The notes under the pieces: generated by a model
The model's database searches: none
What the model was told of the DNA's origin: nothing
The model's input: the letters and a program-made list of their open reading frames with translations, nothing else
NCBI RefSeq assembly: GCF_964213995.1
Contig: NC_135807.1
Location: 87,730,001 to 87,794,000 of the forward strand
Length of the DNA stretch: 64,000 bases
DNA from: Mustelus asterias
Taxonomy: Eukaryota
Direction of reading: 5' to 3'
Shown: one piece after another, positions 12,941-26,950 of the stretch
How the letters are laid out: each line of letters opens with the position of its first letter
Numbering within the stretch: the stretch's first letter is position 1
Program-made: the position numbers and the translations under genes

Positions 12941-14020
12941 GGGGTGCTGAAAAGTGACCTTACTCAGGTCTCAAGTGGGCCAGGACTCCATCAAAAAACC
13001 TCCTTTCAACATCACCCCCACTCCAAAAGATGTGGCACCTGCAGGTGTTCCCTTTTCCCCTGGCCTCTCACCACAATGCTCCCATCCTGGATCCCTGGCA
13101 CTGTGAGGCAGCAGTGCTAACCACCATGCCACCCCATTTCTAGGCTAAGAGCCCACGATCAAGAAACACCCGATGGAAATTTGACCTCCTCTTCTCCAAC
13201 GCATTGCGTAACTTGTAAGCTGCTTCTTCTCTAACTCTGCTGTCCCTCCCAGTTGGTATTCTCTGCAAATTTGACCTTCTGCACTGAGTCTCTGAGTCTC
13301 TGGGTTGAGGTCATTTATGAGAAGCGGCAGCAGTCCCAATACCAGAGCCCCGATTTACCTGATTCACTACTTCCCTCCCCTCAATCTGACATATGATTAC
13401 TCTACTTTGACTTGAGGGAGGTGCTGGTGAGTCTCACATTCTGGCTTCAGCCTCATTTAAAGTTGAGCCGTGAGGTGGCAAATAGATCCTGATGTAACTC
13501 GCAGCATTGAGGCCTGAAGGTCGAGCTGGGAAAGGCTGTCAGTGAATTAGGGAATGGAGGGGTTTGGGGGGCGGGGGGGGGGGGGGGGTGGGGAATGGAG
13601 GGGTTTGGGGGGCGGGGGGGGAGGGGGGGAGGGGGGGAGGTGAGGGGTCATGATCAACCTGCTCTTCTGAGGCTCACAAAAATAATTTGCCTCTCATTTG
13701 GTGGGTTTCTTTAGCTCCATCGCACATGGAATTGGTCGATGCATGCAAGGGAGGCAAAAATAGTTAAATTGACCCCATTGTTTCTTATCCTTTAGCCGTC
13801 TTTTTATTCATTCATATGGAATACCCACAGCTTAAATGAAGCAATCGCCTTTTCAAATGAAAATTTATCAAAAGCCTTTTAAAGTCACTGTGCATCATCG
13901 GGTTTAACAAATCCACTAGTGTTGTCGCTTTGTTAAAGTCATGGAGGTTGATTAGGCAAAATCTTTTATGTATAAATCCATGCTGACTGATGTTTCTGCT
14001 GTAATTAATCCTCTACAATT

Positions 14021-14360
14021 CATAGAAATCATAGAAACCCTACAGTGCAGAAGGAGGCCATTCGGCCCATCGAGTCTGCACCGACCACAATCCCACCCAG
14101 GCCCTACCCCCACATATTTACCCGCTAATCCCACTAACCTACGCATCACAGGACTCTAAGGGGCAATTTTTAACCTGGCCAATCAACCTAACCCGCACAT
14201 CTTTGGACTGTGGGAGGAAACCGGAGCACCCGGAGGAAACCCACACAGACACAAGGAGAATGTGCAAACTCCACACAGACAGTGACCCGAGCCGGGAATC
14301 AAACCCGGGACCCTGGAGCTGTGAAGCAGTAGTGCTAACCACTGTGTTACCGTGCCACCC
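14021..14360 (-). mobile_element. HE1-type SINE
   Basis: Full-length reverse copy. Confidence 0.9.
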
Positions 14361-14687
14361 ATTAAAATCACTATGGCCTGCAATCTGTAGCTTTGTCCAT
14401 GGTGTTCGCTCTAGCTTTCTAAGCACGTTCTCTTCAAAGACCTCCTTTCCTTTTGCAATGTTGGATAGTGTTTGGAATCTTGGTTAATTTTCAGTGACCA
14501 TGGACGCTTTTACTTGAATAACCCTGCTGGTACATTTTAGCTACCATAATCTCTGGAGTGGCCTCATCTATTTAAAAATGGAAAACATGAAAAATTCATC
14601 GCACAGAAGGAAGAGAATTTGTATCTGTACCTTGAGCAACAGCGACCCAGCCTAATCACACTTCCATTTCTTGGTCCGTAATCTTGG

Positions 14688-15012
14688 AGGCACGGTAGCA
14701 CAGTGGTTAGCACTGCTGCTTCACAGCTCCAGGGTCCCGGGTTCGATTCCCGGCTGGGGTCACTGTCTGTGTGGAGTTTGCACATTCTCCTCGTGTCTGC
14801 GTGGGTTTCCTCCCACAGTCCAAAGATGTGCGGGTTAGGTTGATTGGCCAGGTTAAAAAAAAAATTGCCCCTTAGAGTCCTGAGATGTGTAGGTTAGAGG
14901 GATTAGTGGGTAAATATGTGGGGGTAGGGCCTGGGTGGGATTGTGGTCGGTGCAGACTCGATGGGCCGAATGGCCTCCTTCTGCACTGTAGGGTTTCTAT
15001 GATTTCTATGAT
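14688..15012 (+). mobile_element. HE1-type SINE
   Basis: Forward copy with the same 19-bp internal deletion as 3915-4238. Confidence 0.9.
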
Positions 15013-18000
15013 AATGCCTCCGAGTGAATAGCAAAGTATTTTTTAAACATGATACAAGTTTCTGACTCTACCTCCCTTACAGGCAGTGTGTTCCAGACCC
15101 CCATCACCCTGTGAGTGAAAACATTTCTCCTCAACTCTAACCAGTGTCCCCTGGTTATTACATTTTCGCACAGGGAAAGAGGTTCTTGTTATCAACTCTA
15201 TCTAGGCCCCTCATAATTTTATACATCTCCATTAAATCTCCCTTCAGCCTCCTCTTCAGTCTATGCAATCATACCTCGCAGCTAAAATGTCCTTGTCAAT
15301 CTCTTCAGCAGCCTCTCTGTTACAATCAGATCCTTCCTGTACTGTATTCACTATTCTAGCTGCACTCTAACTCATTTTTTATACAGTTCCAGCACAACCT
15401 CCTTTGCTCTTAAGGTCAATGGGTGGAATTTTCCACTCCTGCCAGTGTCTGGAATTGCGGCAAGCAGCAGCACAGGAGTCATGGCATAAGTTTGTTTTGC
15501 ACCAGCAGGAAATTAGTTAGAATCATAGAATCATAGAACCTTACAGTGTAGAAGGAGGCCATTCGGCCCATCGAGTCTGCCTAGGCCCTATCCCCATAGC
15601 CCCATTCACCCTAGCTAGTTCCCCTGACATTAAGGGGCATGGCTAATCCACCTAACCTGCACATCTTTGGATTGTGGGAGGAAACCGGCTCAAGCCATGG
15701 AGAACAAGGCCGAGCTGAGTATTGCTCTCGAGGGTCAATGTCCATTGAAGGAACATTGCTCCTTGACTAATGGTGTGCATTCATGCAGGGCAGGGGGCAC
15801 GGTGGCACAGTGGTTAGCATTGCTACCTCACAGGATGTATTCGCCTTAATCAATACCCTCATTGTGGATGTGCAGTCTTGGCTGAGAGGGATGCTGAGCC
15901 ACTTGTGGGCCTCCAGGATGTTATTACTCTGCAAGGTTGGCTTGAGACTGGATTCCTGACTTGGCGCTAGAGGGAGACCATTCAAGGCAATTTACAGTGA
16001 TGTCTCAATTCTATTTGTCCACAAATACAAGAAGGAGTGGAAAATGCAGGTTGCAGGCAGTGCTGCTTTATTGATGGCTCTGCAAGACACCACTGAAATC
16101 TGGCTTCCAATTATAAAACACCCACCCACCATTGACCTTTGCTTCCTGCCACTGAGCCAATTTTGGATCCAACTTGCCACATTTCCTTGGATCCCATGAG
16201 CTTTTAATTTCCTGACCAGTCTGCCCTGTACCTTGTCAAAAGCCTTGCTAAAATCTATGCAAATGACATCTTGGGCAGAATTGAACAGTCCTCCACTGGC
16301 AGGTTTACAGAGGGATGGGAATGGTGGTGAGGGGCAGTTAAATTACATGGGCAACATTCCCTCTGCCCTCCCACTTGCCCCAATCTGTCCTCAATTTTAT
16401 TGGCGTGGATTATGAGCAGACCAAGCTCCTGTCTAGGCAAAGAAAGAGTTCCACGTGGCACAAGATGTGCATTCAATGGGACTGGGGCACCCTGCTATGC
16501 CTTTACTTATTAGATTACAATCTAAATTTATAAGGTGAATGCTTGGTCCTGTATGTGCACACCTTAAAGGCAACATTGGTCTATTTGTTCCCTGCACCGC
16601 ATATTCCCAATAGCTGTGAAACTTCACGCATGCTTAGAGGGACCAATGGCTAGGATTTTTATCCCTCTCCGTGGCATGTTTGGCAGCAGCAGGAAGTGGG
16701 GCACCACTCACTGGTGGCAGGATCCTATGACCCCGCCATTGTTCAACGGGGTTTCCTTTGAATGGACCCCTTGCCGCTGGGAAACCCATGGCGGGAGTGG
16801 GCTGTCGGCTGGTCCATAAGATCCCACCGGCGAGACTGGTAGCAAGAGTTTGGTGATTGTCACTAACTAAATTTCTTTGAACCATAACTCTAAAAAAGGT
16901 CAACTATAACACTCACCAATCAACCTCCTGTCCCATCGTATCACTCTCTGATTTTCTGCCAAGTATGCACTCCTTGTGCCAATGTTTAGCTCTGTGCATT
17001 GTGGTTCCATTTCCCCTGCGCTATTCATGCCACGACTATTACTCCTCCTGTGTTCATGTATGCACTTAATGGATTGACGTGCTATTTATCCCATTAGTGC
17101 TTAGGTAGCATTCTCCAGTCTAAACTGGTTGTCACTTTTCCTTCAAATTAGCGGTGACTACACTTCAAAAGTATTTCATTGGTTGTAAATTGCTTTGGGG
17201 TGTCCTGAGTTCATTAAAAAAATACTGTTGCATAAATGTAAATTATTTATTTTTTCAATCTCTCTTGGCTCCTTGCCAGGTTAATACACCCAATATCTCC
17301 ATTTTGGCTTCCTTCAGCACTTTTGCCTCTGTTCAATCTTGAGTCGAATGTAAATCTCACCACATCACTCGGCTGACGTAACTCATTTACTGATTCTCTT
17401 ACTCTCTACTAATCCTTTCAAATTTCCTGCTGTCTGCCCACTTCTATATTCTTGTACCTTGCTTTCTAAAACTCAAGTGTTCTCTCCTGAAGTTTTCTTC
17501 TATTTAATGCCCCCTTTTTAATTTTTACTTGCTATCAGGGATTGCTTTATACTCTGCACTCTCCCTATTAACTTTACATTTGGTTAGATGCTCTTCTTAT
17601 TTCTACTTCTGATGCTATTTTCTTAAGTTTCTTTAATTCTGTGACCCCTTTTCAGTTCTTGGATTCTCTTAGTGGCTTATCTACTCTCCCAGAAGCCCAC
17701 AACATGCCATGCCATATGATATGTTTTGTTATGCTGCGAAGTTTCTGATTATTTTCCCGTTTATAATTTATTTCTTTTGGTACTGATAGCTACTGCTGGA
17801 ATCTATCTCGGACCTTAATCTTGGATACAGGCCAGAATTCTCTGACCTTGCCCGTGGCTAGGATTTTCCAGTCCCGCTGCAGTATATGCAGTTTTGGCTG
17901 AGTGCCAAATTCTTTGTTCTCACTGGCAGCAGTAGTGGGTGAACAAGATCGGAGACTCTCGCGAGAAAGTATATTGGGAGCGATTCTCCCAGCCCGCTGC

Positions 18001-18431
18001 GCTGCTAGAGCAATGCAGCGGGCTGGGGGGACATCAGCAGAGGCCATGTAGCGGGTTTCCTGCTGGGCGCCATGGCCTCCGCGAGTCTCCAGCAGCCAGA
18101 TTCCTGGGATTTACTCCAATTTTTACACGAGTTCAGCACTTAGAATTTTTTTGGGAGAATCCCACTCACTGAGCTGTGGGCCTGAATTCTCCGACCTTAC
18201 CTGCGGCTGGAATTATCTGACCCCGCTGCTGTGAACAGAGATTTGGCTGAGTGCGGTAGTGGGATATCCGAGACCAGAGAATTCTGGCCATAAAGTCTTT
18301 CTGGAATGATGCACTTGAATGACTAACTTTAGATTTTGACTTCTCATTGCTGGAAGCTCCATAATAATTTTCAATACAATGGGTTGAAAATTACTGGAAA
18401 ACTGCACTGTGAAATTGGACTCAACTATATT

Positions 18432-18628
18432 CATAGAAATGAAATCATAGAAACCCTACAGTGCAGAAGGAGGCCATTCGGCCCATTGAGTCTGCACCGA
18501 CCACAATCCCACCCAGGCCCTACCCCCACATATTTACCCGCTAATCCCTCTAACCTACGCATCTCAGGACTCTAAGGGGCAATTTTTAACCTGGCCAGTC
18601 AACCTAACCCGCACATCTTTGGACTGTT
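18432..18628 (-). mobile_element. HE1-type SINE 3' half
   Basis: Near-identical to 14021-14210. Confidence 0.85.
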
Positions 18629-19039
18629 GAGACTGTTTGGACTGTTTATATTGTTGAGTTCAACTTTCATTGCAAAAATCAAAGGGAATTATGGAGTCAG
18701 TGAGTTATACTATGAATGCAACTTGAGTTCTTGGAACCTTTGAGCCATTGAAAGTTTAATCATTACATCTCCTCCAAGGCATGACAATGACAGGAAATAT
18801 ATGATTGGATTTTCACTCGTTTTCTTGCCACTTCTAGTTAGACTGAAAAGTTAGGATGTAGTGTGCCCTTCGTCATCTAATGACAATGTGATTTTTGGCT
18901 CTCACCTTCAATGGGGAAGACCATTAAAGATTTGGAAATTTGTCCATCTGAAGCTGGAATTGGTCCCTTAGGATTTTTAACCCCAAAAAACAGTAAAGGA
19001 TAATGCTCTGAATTGGTTCTTGTATGCCTTAAAAATAAA

Positions 19040-19168
19040 GTGGAGATGCCGGTGTTGGACTGGGGTGCGCACAGTAAGAAGTCTCACAACACCAGGTTAA
19101 AGTCCAACAGGTTTAGTTGGTAGCACGAGCTTTTGGAGCGCTGCCTCTTCATCAGGTGAGTTCACCTG
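19040..19168 (-). mobile_element. PLE terminal fragment with a degenerate hammerhead
   Basis: Same terminus as the other PLE ends; minus strand reads CAC-CTGATGA-agaggcagcgctcc-AAAA-gctc-GTG, so the GAAA box is mutated. Confidence 0.75.
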
Positions 19169-19199
19169 GGGCCTTCATCTCACTTGTGTGTGTGTCTGA

Positions 19200-20050
19200 A
19201 GACAAGTATTTTAGGAAACTCACCCCACTCTACATTGAGAAGATCAAAGGATTGCCATAGTATCCCATAGGACATTCCCATATTCTTCATTGCCATGAAT
19301 GAGGAGGAGAAGCAGATACAGGAGGTTGGTGTCGAGTACCCCCAGAGAGTGCACAGGGAGCAGACATCATTCCACCAGTTGGGACTTACCAAAGAAACAA
19401 GTTGTTACTTCTGTGAAATGCTGCAGGAATGCCTGAATGTCCAACTTCCTGTTGGACCAAATCGGTCAAAATGCAGGTGACCAAAGTTCTCAATTTCTAT
19501 ATCTCTGGGGCCTTCCAGTCATCCACCGGAGACCTTAGCGGCATCATCCAGAGAGCAGCATTTGAAGGCCTGCATTTGAGAGATGACAGAATACTCTCAT
19601 TCACAGGGGACGGTACTTAATTAAATATGATAGACCTCCCTGAAGCAAAGCTTCAGGGCCATTAATTCCTCCAAGATTGCTGGCTTCCCCGAAGTACAAG
19701 GAACTATTTATGGTATTCATTGACATCTGCTCTGAGCTTTTAACACTCCTTTGTTTTAGAAGTTTCCCAATGGCGGAGTATTTTTGAGATCCACCACTAC
19801 TCTCCTCCAAATTGTCACTGCAGCAACTTTTGGAGTAAATATTTTCAATGACAAAATCAGCATTCAAAACGGCATAAGTTATGATTCATTCTGCCAATTG
19901 GGCCATTCCAGGAAATTCTACACGAATAACCCATATCACCAAGAATTAGACCCAAGGACATCCAGCTTTCAAACAAACAGAGTGATACAGAGTGGTACAT
20001 GCAGGATTATTTTCCTCTGAGCACAGTTCTGCCGGTTGTAGAAAGAAAGC
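19200..20050 (+). pseudogene. Degenerate Harbinger (HARBI1-like) transposase remnant
   Basis: VTKVLNFYISGAFQSSTGDLSGIIQ resembles the HARBI1-type N-terminal region; a VQGTIYGIH-like remnant lies near 19690. Confidence 0.5.
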
Positions 20051-20132
20051 TGGGGTGGCTGGATTCTGTCAGCACTGAGCTCGGTCAGGATATCATGTGG
20101 AGAGAGATTAGGGGAGTAGGTAATTACTAATG

Positions 20133-20585
20133 CAGTGATGGGCAATCTCTGGCCCCATAGGCCATATGCAGCCCATCAGGCTTCTGAGTGCAGCCCGCGA
20201 GACATTTTGTTGACCACTGCCCACATGCAGGATTGCCAGATTCCACTGGTTTCTATCTGCAGTTTTTTTCCTACAGTATGATTAAAATGATGCACATGTA
20301 AAGAAAGGGCACATGAAGTGAGGTACGTGCTGATTGCACACATCACTGACTGCGAGAGCTGTGTGCTCCCTCTGTGTCCGAAGCAAAAAATATTTATTTT
20401 GTTTATACAATTTGAAGTTGATCTATTAATAGTTAAGCATCTTCTATAACTCGTTATGAAATATTTGGCATGTGTTAAATGTATTCAACCTTATTCATGG
20501 GGTCATGGTTAGTGAGCAAGCCTGACTTCAATCTGGTGGCCCGCTGACATGGGGCCCACTCACTAGCCCAGCTTGCCTATCAATG
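20133..20585. mobile_element. Possible hAT-type non-autonomous element
   Basis: Imperfect TIRs cagtgatgggcaa / ttgcctatcaatg and ggcccc subterminal motifs; no clear TSD. Confidence 0.4.
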
Positions 20586-22080
20586 GGTCAGTGCTGTTGC
20601 TCACTGCAGTGCTGAATCTTCTTTCTAAAGCAATGTCCCAGCACCTAGCAGAAAATGGCTGGAAATATACAGCAATCCTAATGGCATCGGTGAAAGAGAA
20701 ACAATAATATTTAGGATGGAATTGCAACATAGAAGGTACCTGAGCCTCACTATAGCAGAATGCATCATAACACATTAACCTATCTTTTCTCTTTATTTGT
20801 GCTGACTAATCTGTTGCGTTGTGCAACATTTTCTGTTTTGACTGCAAAGAAGCAATTAGAGTGTTTAATATGAGATGAATCAGTCTATTCCAATCTCTCA
20901 CTGTGAACCTCCATCTGTTATCGGTACCTATTATGTTGGTGGTGATGTGGACATCTCTGCAGTCTCTTGCTCAAACGATGACCTACTTGAAGAAGTGGCA
21001 GTGTTTGGATTGTAGGTGTTGCTCTGAGGTCTCGTACTTGTCTTGCCGCAGGAAAAGGGTGTTGGTTATGAGGAAGTCATCTTCTAGATATTGTATCAGG
21101 AGGAATTCTCAGTTGGAGTTTGTTATCTCTATTTAGTCATTGCCTATCACGCCCCATCCAGAGATTCAGGTCCTTCCCAACTCTGACACTGAAATCTCAG
21201 AGGAGGGCCAGTTTATTGCCTGTTGGGACTCAGTCTATGGATTGCTCAAGGTTGGTGTAAAATCCCTCCTTTTTTTCACGGGATGTGGGTTTCACTGACT
21301 AAGCCAACATTTATTGCCCATCCCTAATTTCCCTTGAGAAGGTAGTGGTGAGCTGCCTTCTTGAACCACTGCAGTCCATGCAGATCCCTCTTCCTTGGTC
21401 TTATCTGTTCCCTCAGGTGTAAAAGCGAATGTGATGATGACAATGGCATGCCAATTCCTCATCAGGGTGAGCTAGCCTGTCATAAGGTGCTCACTTATCC
21501 CACAGGGGGAGTTACCGGGGGGCCAGCAAGTTCAGTTTTGATGTTGGATGCCACCCCTTGGAGGCGACATTCCTATTCTGCAAGATCCTTCTGCTGGCTT
21601 GCTCCTCCAATTGGCCTTCAGTTGTACATCCTGTCTCACTTTGGGCAATGATGGTGATCATGACGATATTCAAGAAGGGAGAGAAGTTTGATTATGGTAA
21701 CTATAGAGGAGTCTCTTTGTCATCTGTCACAGGAGAGGTAATTTCCAGGATCCTCCTCAACTGCCTTCTCCCAGTGGCTGAAGATTTATTTTCCGTAGTC
21801 ACAGTGTGATGTTCACCCATCAAGAAGCACCACTGAAATAGTATCACTGCACAGCAAATTCAAGAAAAATGTAAGAAACAGCACCAAACACTCAGCATGG
21901 CCTTTTTCAAACTCACCGAAGTCTTTGGGGGTGATTTTCTGCCCTTGTCTTTGGTAGGTGAGAATGGAAGGAGTGGAGAATTGAGTCCCAAAACTCCATT
22001 TACATTCATGGGATTCACCCGCCCTCCCGCTATGCAATGACAAGAACCTCCTAATAATACTTACATATGATTAGCAGGTT

Positions 22081-23070
22081 AACAAAGAACAAAGAACAAA
22101 GAAAATTACAGCACAGGAACAGGCCCTTCGGCCCTCCAAGCCTGCAGTGACCACTGCCTGACTTAACTAAAACCCCCTACGCTTCCGGGGACCATATCCC
22201 TCTATTCCCATCTCATTCATGTACTTGTCAAGATGCCCCTTAAAAGTCACTACCGTATCCGCTTCCACTACCTCCCCCGGCAACGAGTTCCAGGCACCCA
22301 CCACTCTCTGTGTAAAAAATCTGCCTCGTACATCTCTTTTAAAACTTGCCCCTCGCACCTTAAACCTATGCGTCCTGTTAATTGACTCTTCCACCCTGGG
22401 AAAAAGCTTCTGACTATCCACTCTGTCCATGCCTCTCATAATCTTGTAGACTTCTATCAGGTCTCCACTCAACCTTCATCGCTCCAGTGAGAACAAACCA
22501 CGTTTCTCCAACCTCTCCTCATAGCTAATGCCCTCCATACCAGGCAACATCCTGGTAAATCTTTTCTGTACCCTCTCCAAAGCCTCCATATCCTTCTGGT
22601 AGTGTGGCGACCGGAATTGAACACTATATTCCAAGTGCGGCTTCACTGAGGTTCTATGAAACGTCAACATGACTTGCCAATTTTTAAACTCAATACCCCG
22701 GCCGATGAAGGCAAGCATGCCGTATGTCTTCTTGACTACCTTCTCCACCTGCATTGTCACTTTCAGTGACCTGTGTACCTGTGCACCCAGATCCCCTTGC
22801 CTATCAATACTCTTAAGGGTTCTGCCATTTACTGTATATTTCCAATCTGCATTAGACCTTCCAAAATGCATTACCTCACATTTGTCCGGATTAAACTGCA
22901 TCTGCCATCTCTCCGCCCAAGTCTCCAACCGATCTATATCCTGCTGTATCCTCTGATGGTCCTCATCGCTATCTGCAAATCCACCAACCTTTGTGTCATC
23001 CACAAACTTACTAATCAATCCAGTTACATTTTCCTCCAAATCATTTATATATATTACAAACAGCAAAGGT
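22081..23070 (-). mobile_element. 5'-truncated CR1-clade LINE
   Basis: RT C-terminus (LFVIYINDL...SKFVDDTK...RGDLIEVYKIM-like) with a frameshift; (aacaaag)n tail at 22081. Confidence 0.9.
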
Positions 23071-24119
23071 GGGTTTCCCCACTATACCATCTCCCCACGC
23101 TGGAAAGTCTCATCCCTGGTGGTCTGTCATCACGGCAGTGGGGTTTTCAACAGGTTTTTAAAAACATGGAACTGGCAAACAGAACCCACCAGGGGTGCAC
23201 AGGTAAGTGCAGTACCTGGGGGTAAGCGGGTAATGCCAGGGCAGTACACTGGCACTGCCCCAGGGTAATACCAGAGGGCAGTACCAGGGACTAAATCCGG
23301 GCATTCTGTTTCTGTGAGGTGGGGAGGGATTCCATGGTGTGGCGAGGGTTATTTTATCTTATTTTTAGCATATTTTTATCTTCTTTACATCGAGGTGTCC
23401 TCTAAAAATGACTCCCTGATCTATCAAGGACTGAGGTTTCTGGTGGGGTGGGCTCACACCAGTGTGACGTTGTGAGACCCGCCTCCTTGATTTCTTGACT
23501 AAGTGTCAGAAGATATGGCGGGAAAGTCGGCAGCGCATCCGGTGGTCGACACCCCGCTCGTCCCACCTGAGTTGAGAATTAGTCGAAAAATGAGAAAATT
23601 CCACTCTTTGACCCTGTCAACTCTGAAGATTTATGGAGTATCTTTCTTAAATATGACCACCTTCAGAAATTTCCCTGCATGCTCCATAATGATTTGCCAG
23701 GTAGGATGCTTACAAATGGAACCATTACAAATGCTATCTCATTGAGGAATGGGGCCAAACAAGGCTGTGTCACTGCACCAATTCCCTTTTCCAACTTTCT
23801 CACTACAATATTGCACCTTACTCTAGCTAATTCCCTACAGGCCTGGAGGTAAGCGACAGAACAGATAGGGAAGTGTTCAACCTGTGCTGTCTTCAATCCA
23901 AAACCAAAACCACTTCAGTCTCATTATTGAGCTCTGATATGTAGATAACGCTTGTGTGCGCTCACTCAGAAACTGAGCACCGAGTTATTTTTGACTCCTT
24001 CTCTGAAGCTGAGGAGAAAATGGGTCTTTCATTAAACATCTGGAATACTAAGATCCTCTTCAAACCATTGATTCAGCTGAATGACGAGATCCTGGAAAAT
24101 TTGGATTATTTTCTGTATC

Positions 24120-24343
24120 ATTTACCCTGCCAGTCCCCCATACACTAAGGGCAATTTAGCATGGCCAATCCACCTAGCCTGCACATCTTTGGACTGTGGG
24201 AGGAAGCCAGAGCACCCAGAGGAAACCCATTCAGACACTGGGAGAATGTGCAAACTCCCACAGACAGTGACCTGAGGACTGAATTGAACCCGGGTCCCTG
24301 GCGCTGTGAGGCAGTAGTGCTAACCAATGTGCCACTGTGCCGC
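24120..24343 (-). mobile_element. HE1-type SINE (partial)
   Basis: Same head and body, reverse strand. Confidence 0.82.
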
Positions 24344-26088
24344 CTTATCTTCCCTATCTGTTCTGTAGATTACCTCCAGGCCTGTGGGTAATTAGCTGGA
24401 GTGAGGTGCAGTATTGCAGCGAGAAAGTTGGAAAAGAGAAATGGTTCAATGACACAGCCTTGTTCGAGTATTTGAGGACCAGGATCTCAAACTCAAGACT
24501 AGAGTCACTGGGCAGCAGTGATCCCCGCACTCCATATGCTTTGCAGAATTGAACAAACATCAGCAGGCACCTCAAAGCACTGGAGAAATACCATCGGCAA
24601 TGCTTTACCAAAACCCTCCAATCCAGTGGTAAGAAAGATGGTCCAACAGCAACATCTTTCCCCCAAGGCAACATGCCCCGCATTGAGGCACAAATCACTT
24701 AAAATCAGCTCCGCTGGGCAGGACATTTCTTTCATGTCCTGTTTCAGAACAGCACTTGTTCTATTCAGAACACGGTCGTGGCAGGAGACTCCTGGGAGAT
24801 TCGAGGAAATGCATTATGGATGAACTTAAAGCAAAAACAGAAAATGCTGGAATATCTCAGCAGGTCCGACAGCATCTGTGGAGCGAGAATAGAGCCAACA
24901 TTTCGATGACCCTTCAGCAGCTCTGTTTCAGGTTACAGCATCCGCAGTGTTTTGCCTTTATGAACTTAAAGCATCCTCAAAAAGGTCAAATATTCCTGCC
25001 GACTCATGGGAATCCCTGGCTTGTGACTAAACAATATGGAGTAGGTTCATTTGGAAGGCAACAAACACATTGAGAGACTTTGCCAAGAACGAGAAGAGGT
25101 GAAATCGAGGCCTCGGTGAGATTTCAAAAATGATTCTCTTTATTCAAAACACCGATTATTAAAAAGATCTGGGTAGCTAAGCTTTGCTGTTAATTATAGC
25201 GTTATTGTAGCATTCATTTTGAGAGACAGAAACAATATTCCAGCCTTATGGGGACTGATTACTGCATCGGTGAACCTTCATCCGAAGTAAACACACATCT
25301 GGAAGAAAATTGCATGCCATTGGTCTCTGCGGGTTCATTTTAAAATGAATTCTGTACCTAGTTGTTTTGAAGCCTTTTGGTTTGATTACAGGTGTGAATT
25401 GCTGTGGTTGTGTTTTCTCTCTTCACCAAATTGGCTTTATTGCAAACTGTTGGGAGGTATACAAGCTTGTGTCTCCCATTAGGAAAACCTCCAATTTTCA
25501 GCCTCACAGCCTGATGGTTTTCTGAGGAGTTGCCAATTTACGAGGAGAAACTCCCTAAATTACACAGGATCCTGAACGCGGGTGAGCAACCTCAGTAACC
25601 TACCCACCTTTTCCAGTGGCTTCCTGCGATTGCAGTTGGAGCCCTGTGCGTCTGAAAGAAAGAGGAGCAAGGTTACAGCATAATCATTTACAGACTGTCT
25701 GCTCTGTGTTTTTAAACCTATTCTTTATTCCTAAAATACACACTGTTGTGATGTGGCTTTTGGGTGTTGGTGAGAATGCACTCAGCATGCCCCCATAATT
25801 GGGCTTTTGTCCCTGTCTCTGGAAGGTAATTTACAGCTGTTTTAACTCCACCTTTGTCGGGACAGAACGCCAATTTAATTCATTCCCCATGCTATTAGAA
25901 ACTGCAGTGTTGCCATCTGCCACCTGGAACACCTCCCAGTGTAATCCTGATAGCGGCAGTATGGTTGTTACTCCATGGGCTGAGTTTAACCGACCCACAG
26001 GAGGCTGGGTCAGGGGAAGGAGGGTATAAAACCACGGGAAGCCACATTAATCATTAGATTGGATTCTACGCTGGTGGTACTGGAAGCA

Positions 26089-26290
26089 TGATGTGGAGAT
26101 GCCGGCATTGGACTGGGGTAAACACAGTAAGAAGTTTAACAACGCCAGGTTAAAGTCCAACAGGTTTATTTGGTAGCAAAAGCCACACAAGCTTTCGGAG
26201 CTGAAGGGGCTTGGAGCTCCGAAAGCTTGTGTGGCTTTTGCTACCAAATAAACCTGTTGGACTTTAACCTGGTGTTGTTAAACTTCTTAC
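26089..26290 (-). mobile_element. Miniature fold-back PLE end (76-bp inverted repeat)
   Basis: Arms 26127-26202 and 26215-26290 (one mismatch seen); TSD ggtactggaagca at 26076-26088 and 26291-26303. Confidence 0.88.
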
Positions 26291-26730
26291 GGTACTGGAA
26301 GCAGACAGACGCCCACCCCAAGGAAACAGGCAGTCAACTCCCATTCTTAAGGACCCAATGAATGCCCATTTTAGGATTACCATCAGGATTTTGCCAACAG
26401 CAAGCGAATCAGTCTCCCACCACATAAAGGGGTTACCATCTAAATGTCTCCCAGCCACCGGCCAAAGTGAAGTCTTTATGAAACAAGGATGGGCCCACGA
26501 TCAGGGAAGCCAGCTGCCGGGATTTTACCTGCAGGGTTTCGCCTCCAACACTCAGGGCTGTGATCACTTCCAAAGTGGGTGATGCCCAGGCCCCGCTCGC
26601 CCAGGCGCACATCTCATTATGGACAGATATTCTCTTGAGAGGGGCCACAACAGGATTTCCAACAGGAAGATCGCATCTTGAGATTCTCCCTGCCCATGGC
26701 CGCCATGTAATCTGGTTCACACTCAGCGAG

Positions 26731-26950
26731 GACGGCACGGTGGCACAATGGTTAACACTGCTGCCTCACGGCGCCAGGGAGCCAGGTTCGATTCCACCCT
26801 CGGGTGACTGGCATTTTCCCCATGTCTGCGTGGATTTCCTCCGGGTGCTCTGGTTTTCTCCCCCAGTCCAAAGATGTGTAGGTTAGATGGATTAGCCATG
26901 GTAAATGCACAGGGTTATGGGGATGGGGTGAGGGGAGAGGGCCTAGATAG
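26731..26950 (+). mobile_element. HE1-type SINE (partial)
   Basis: ggcacggtggcacaatggttaacactg head and conserved body. Confidence 0.78.

Larger units (their letters stand above)
21640..25080 (+). mobile_element. Degenerate RTE-clade LINE interrupted by a MITE-like element, a CR1 and an HE1 SINE
   Basis: TIFKKGEKFDYGNYRGVSLSSVTGEVISRILLNCLL; ggggccaaacaaggctgtgtcactgcacca (GxKQGCVxAP); RTE-like C-terminal remnants. Confidence 0.7.
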
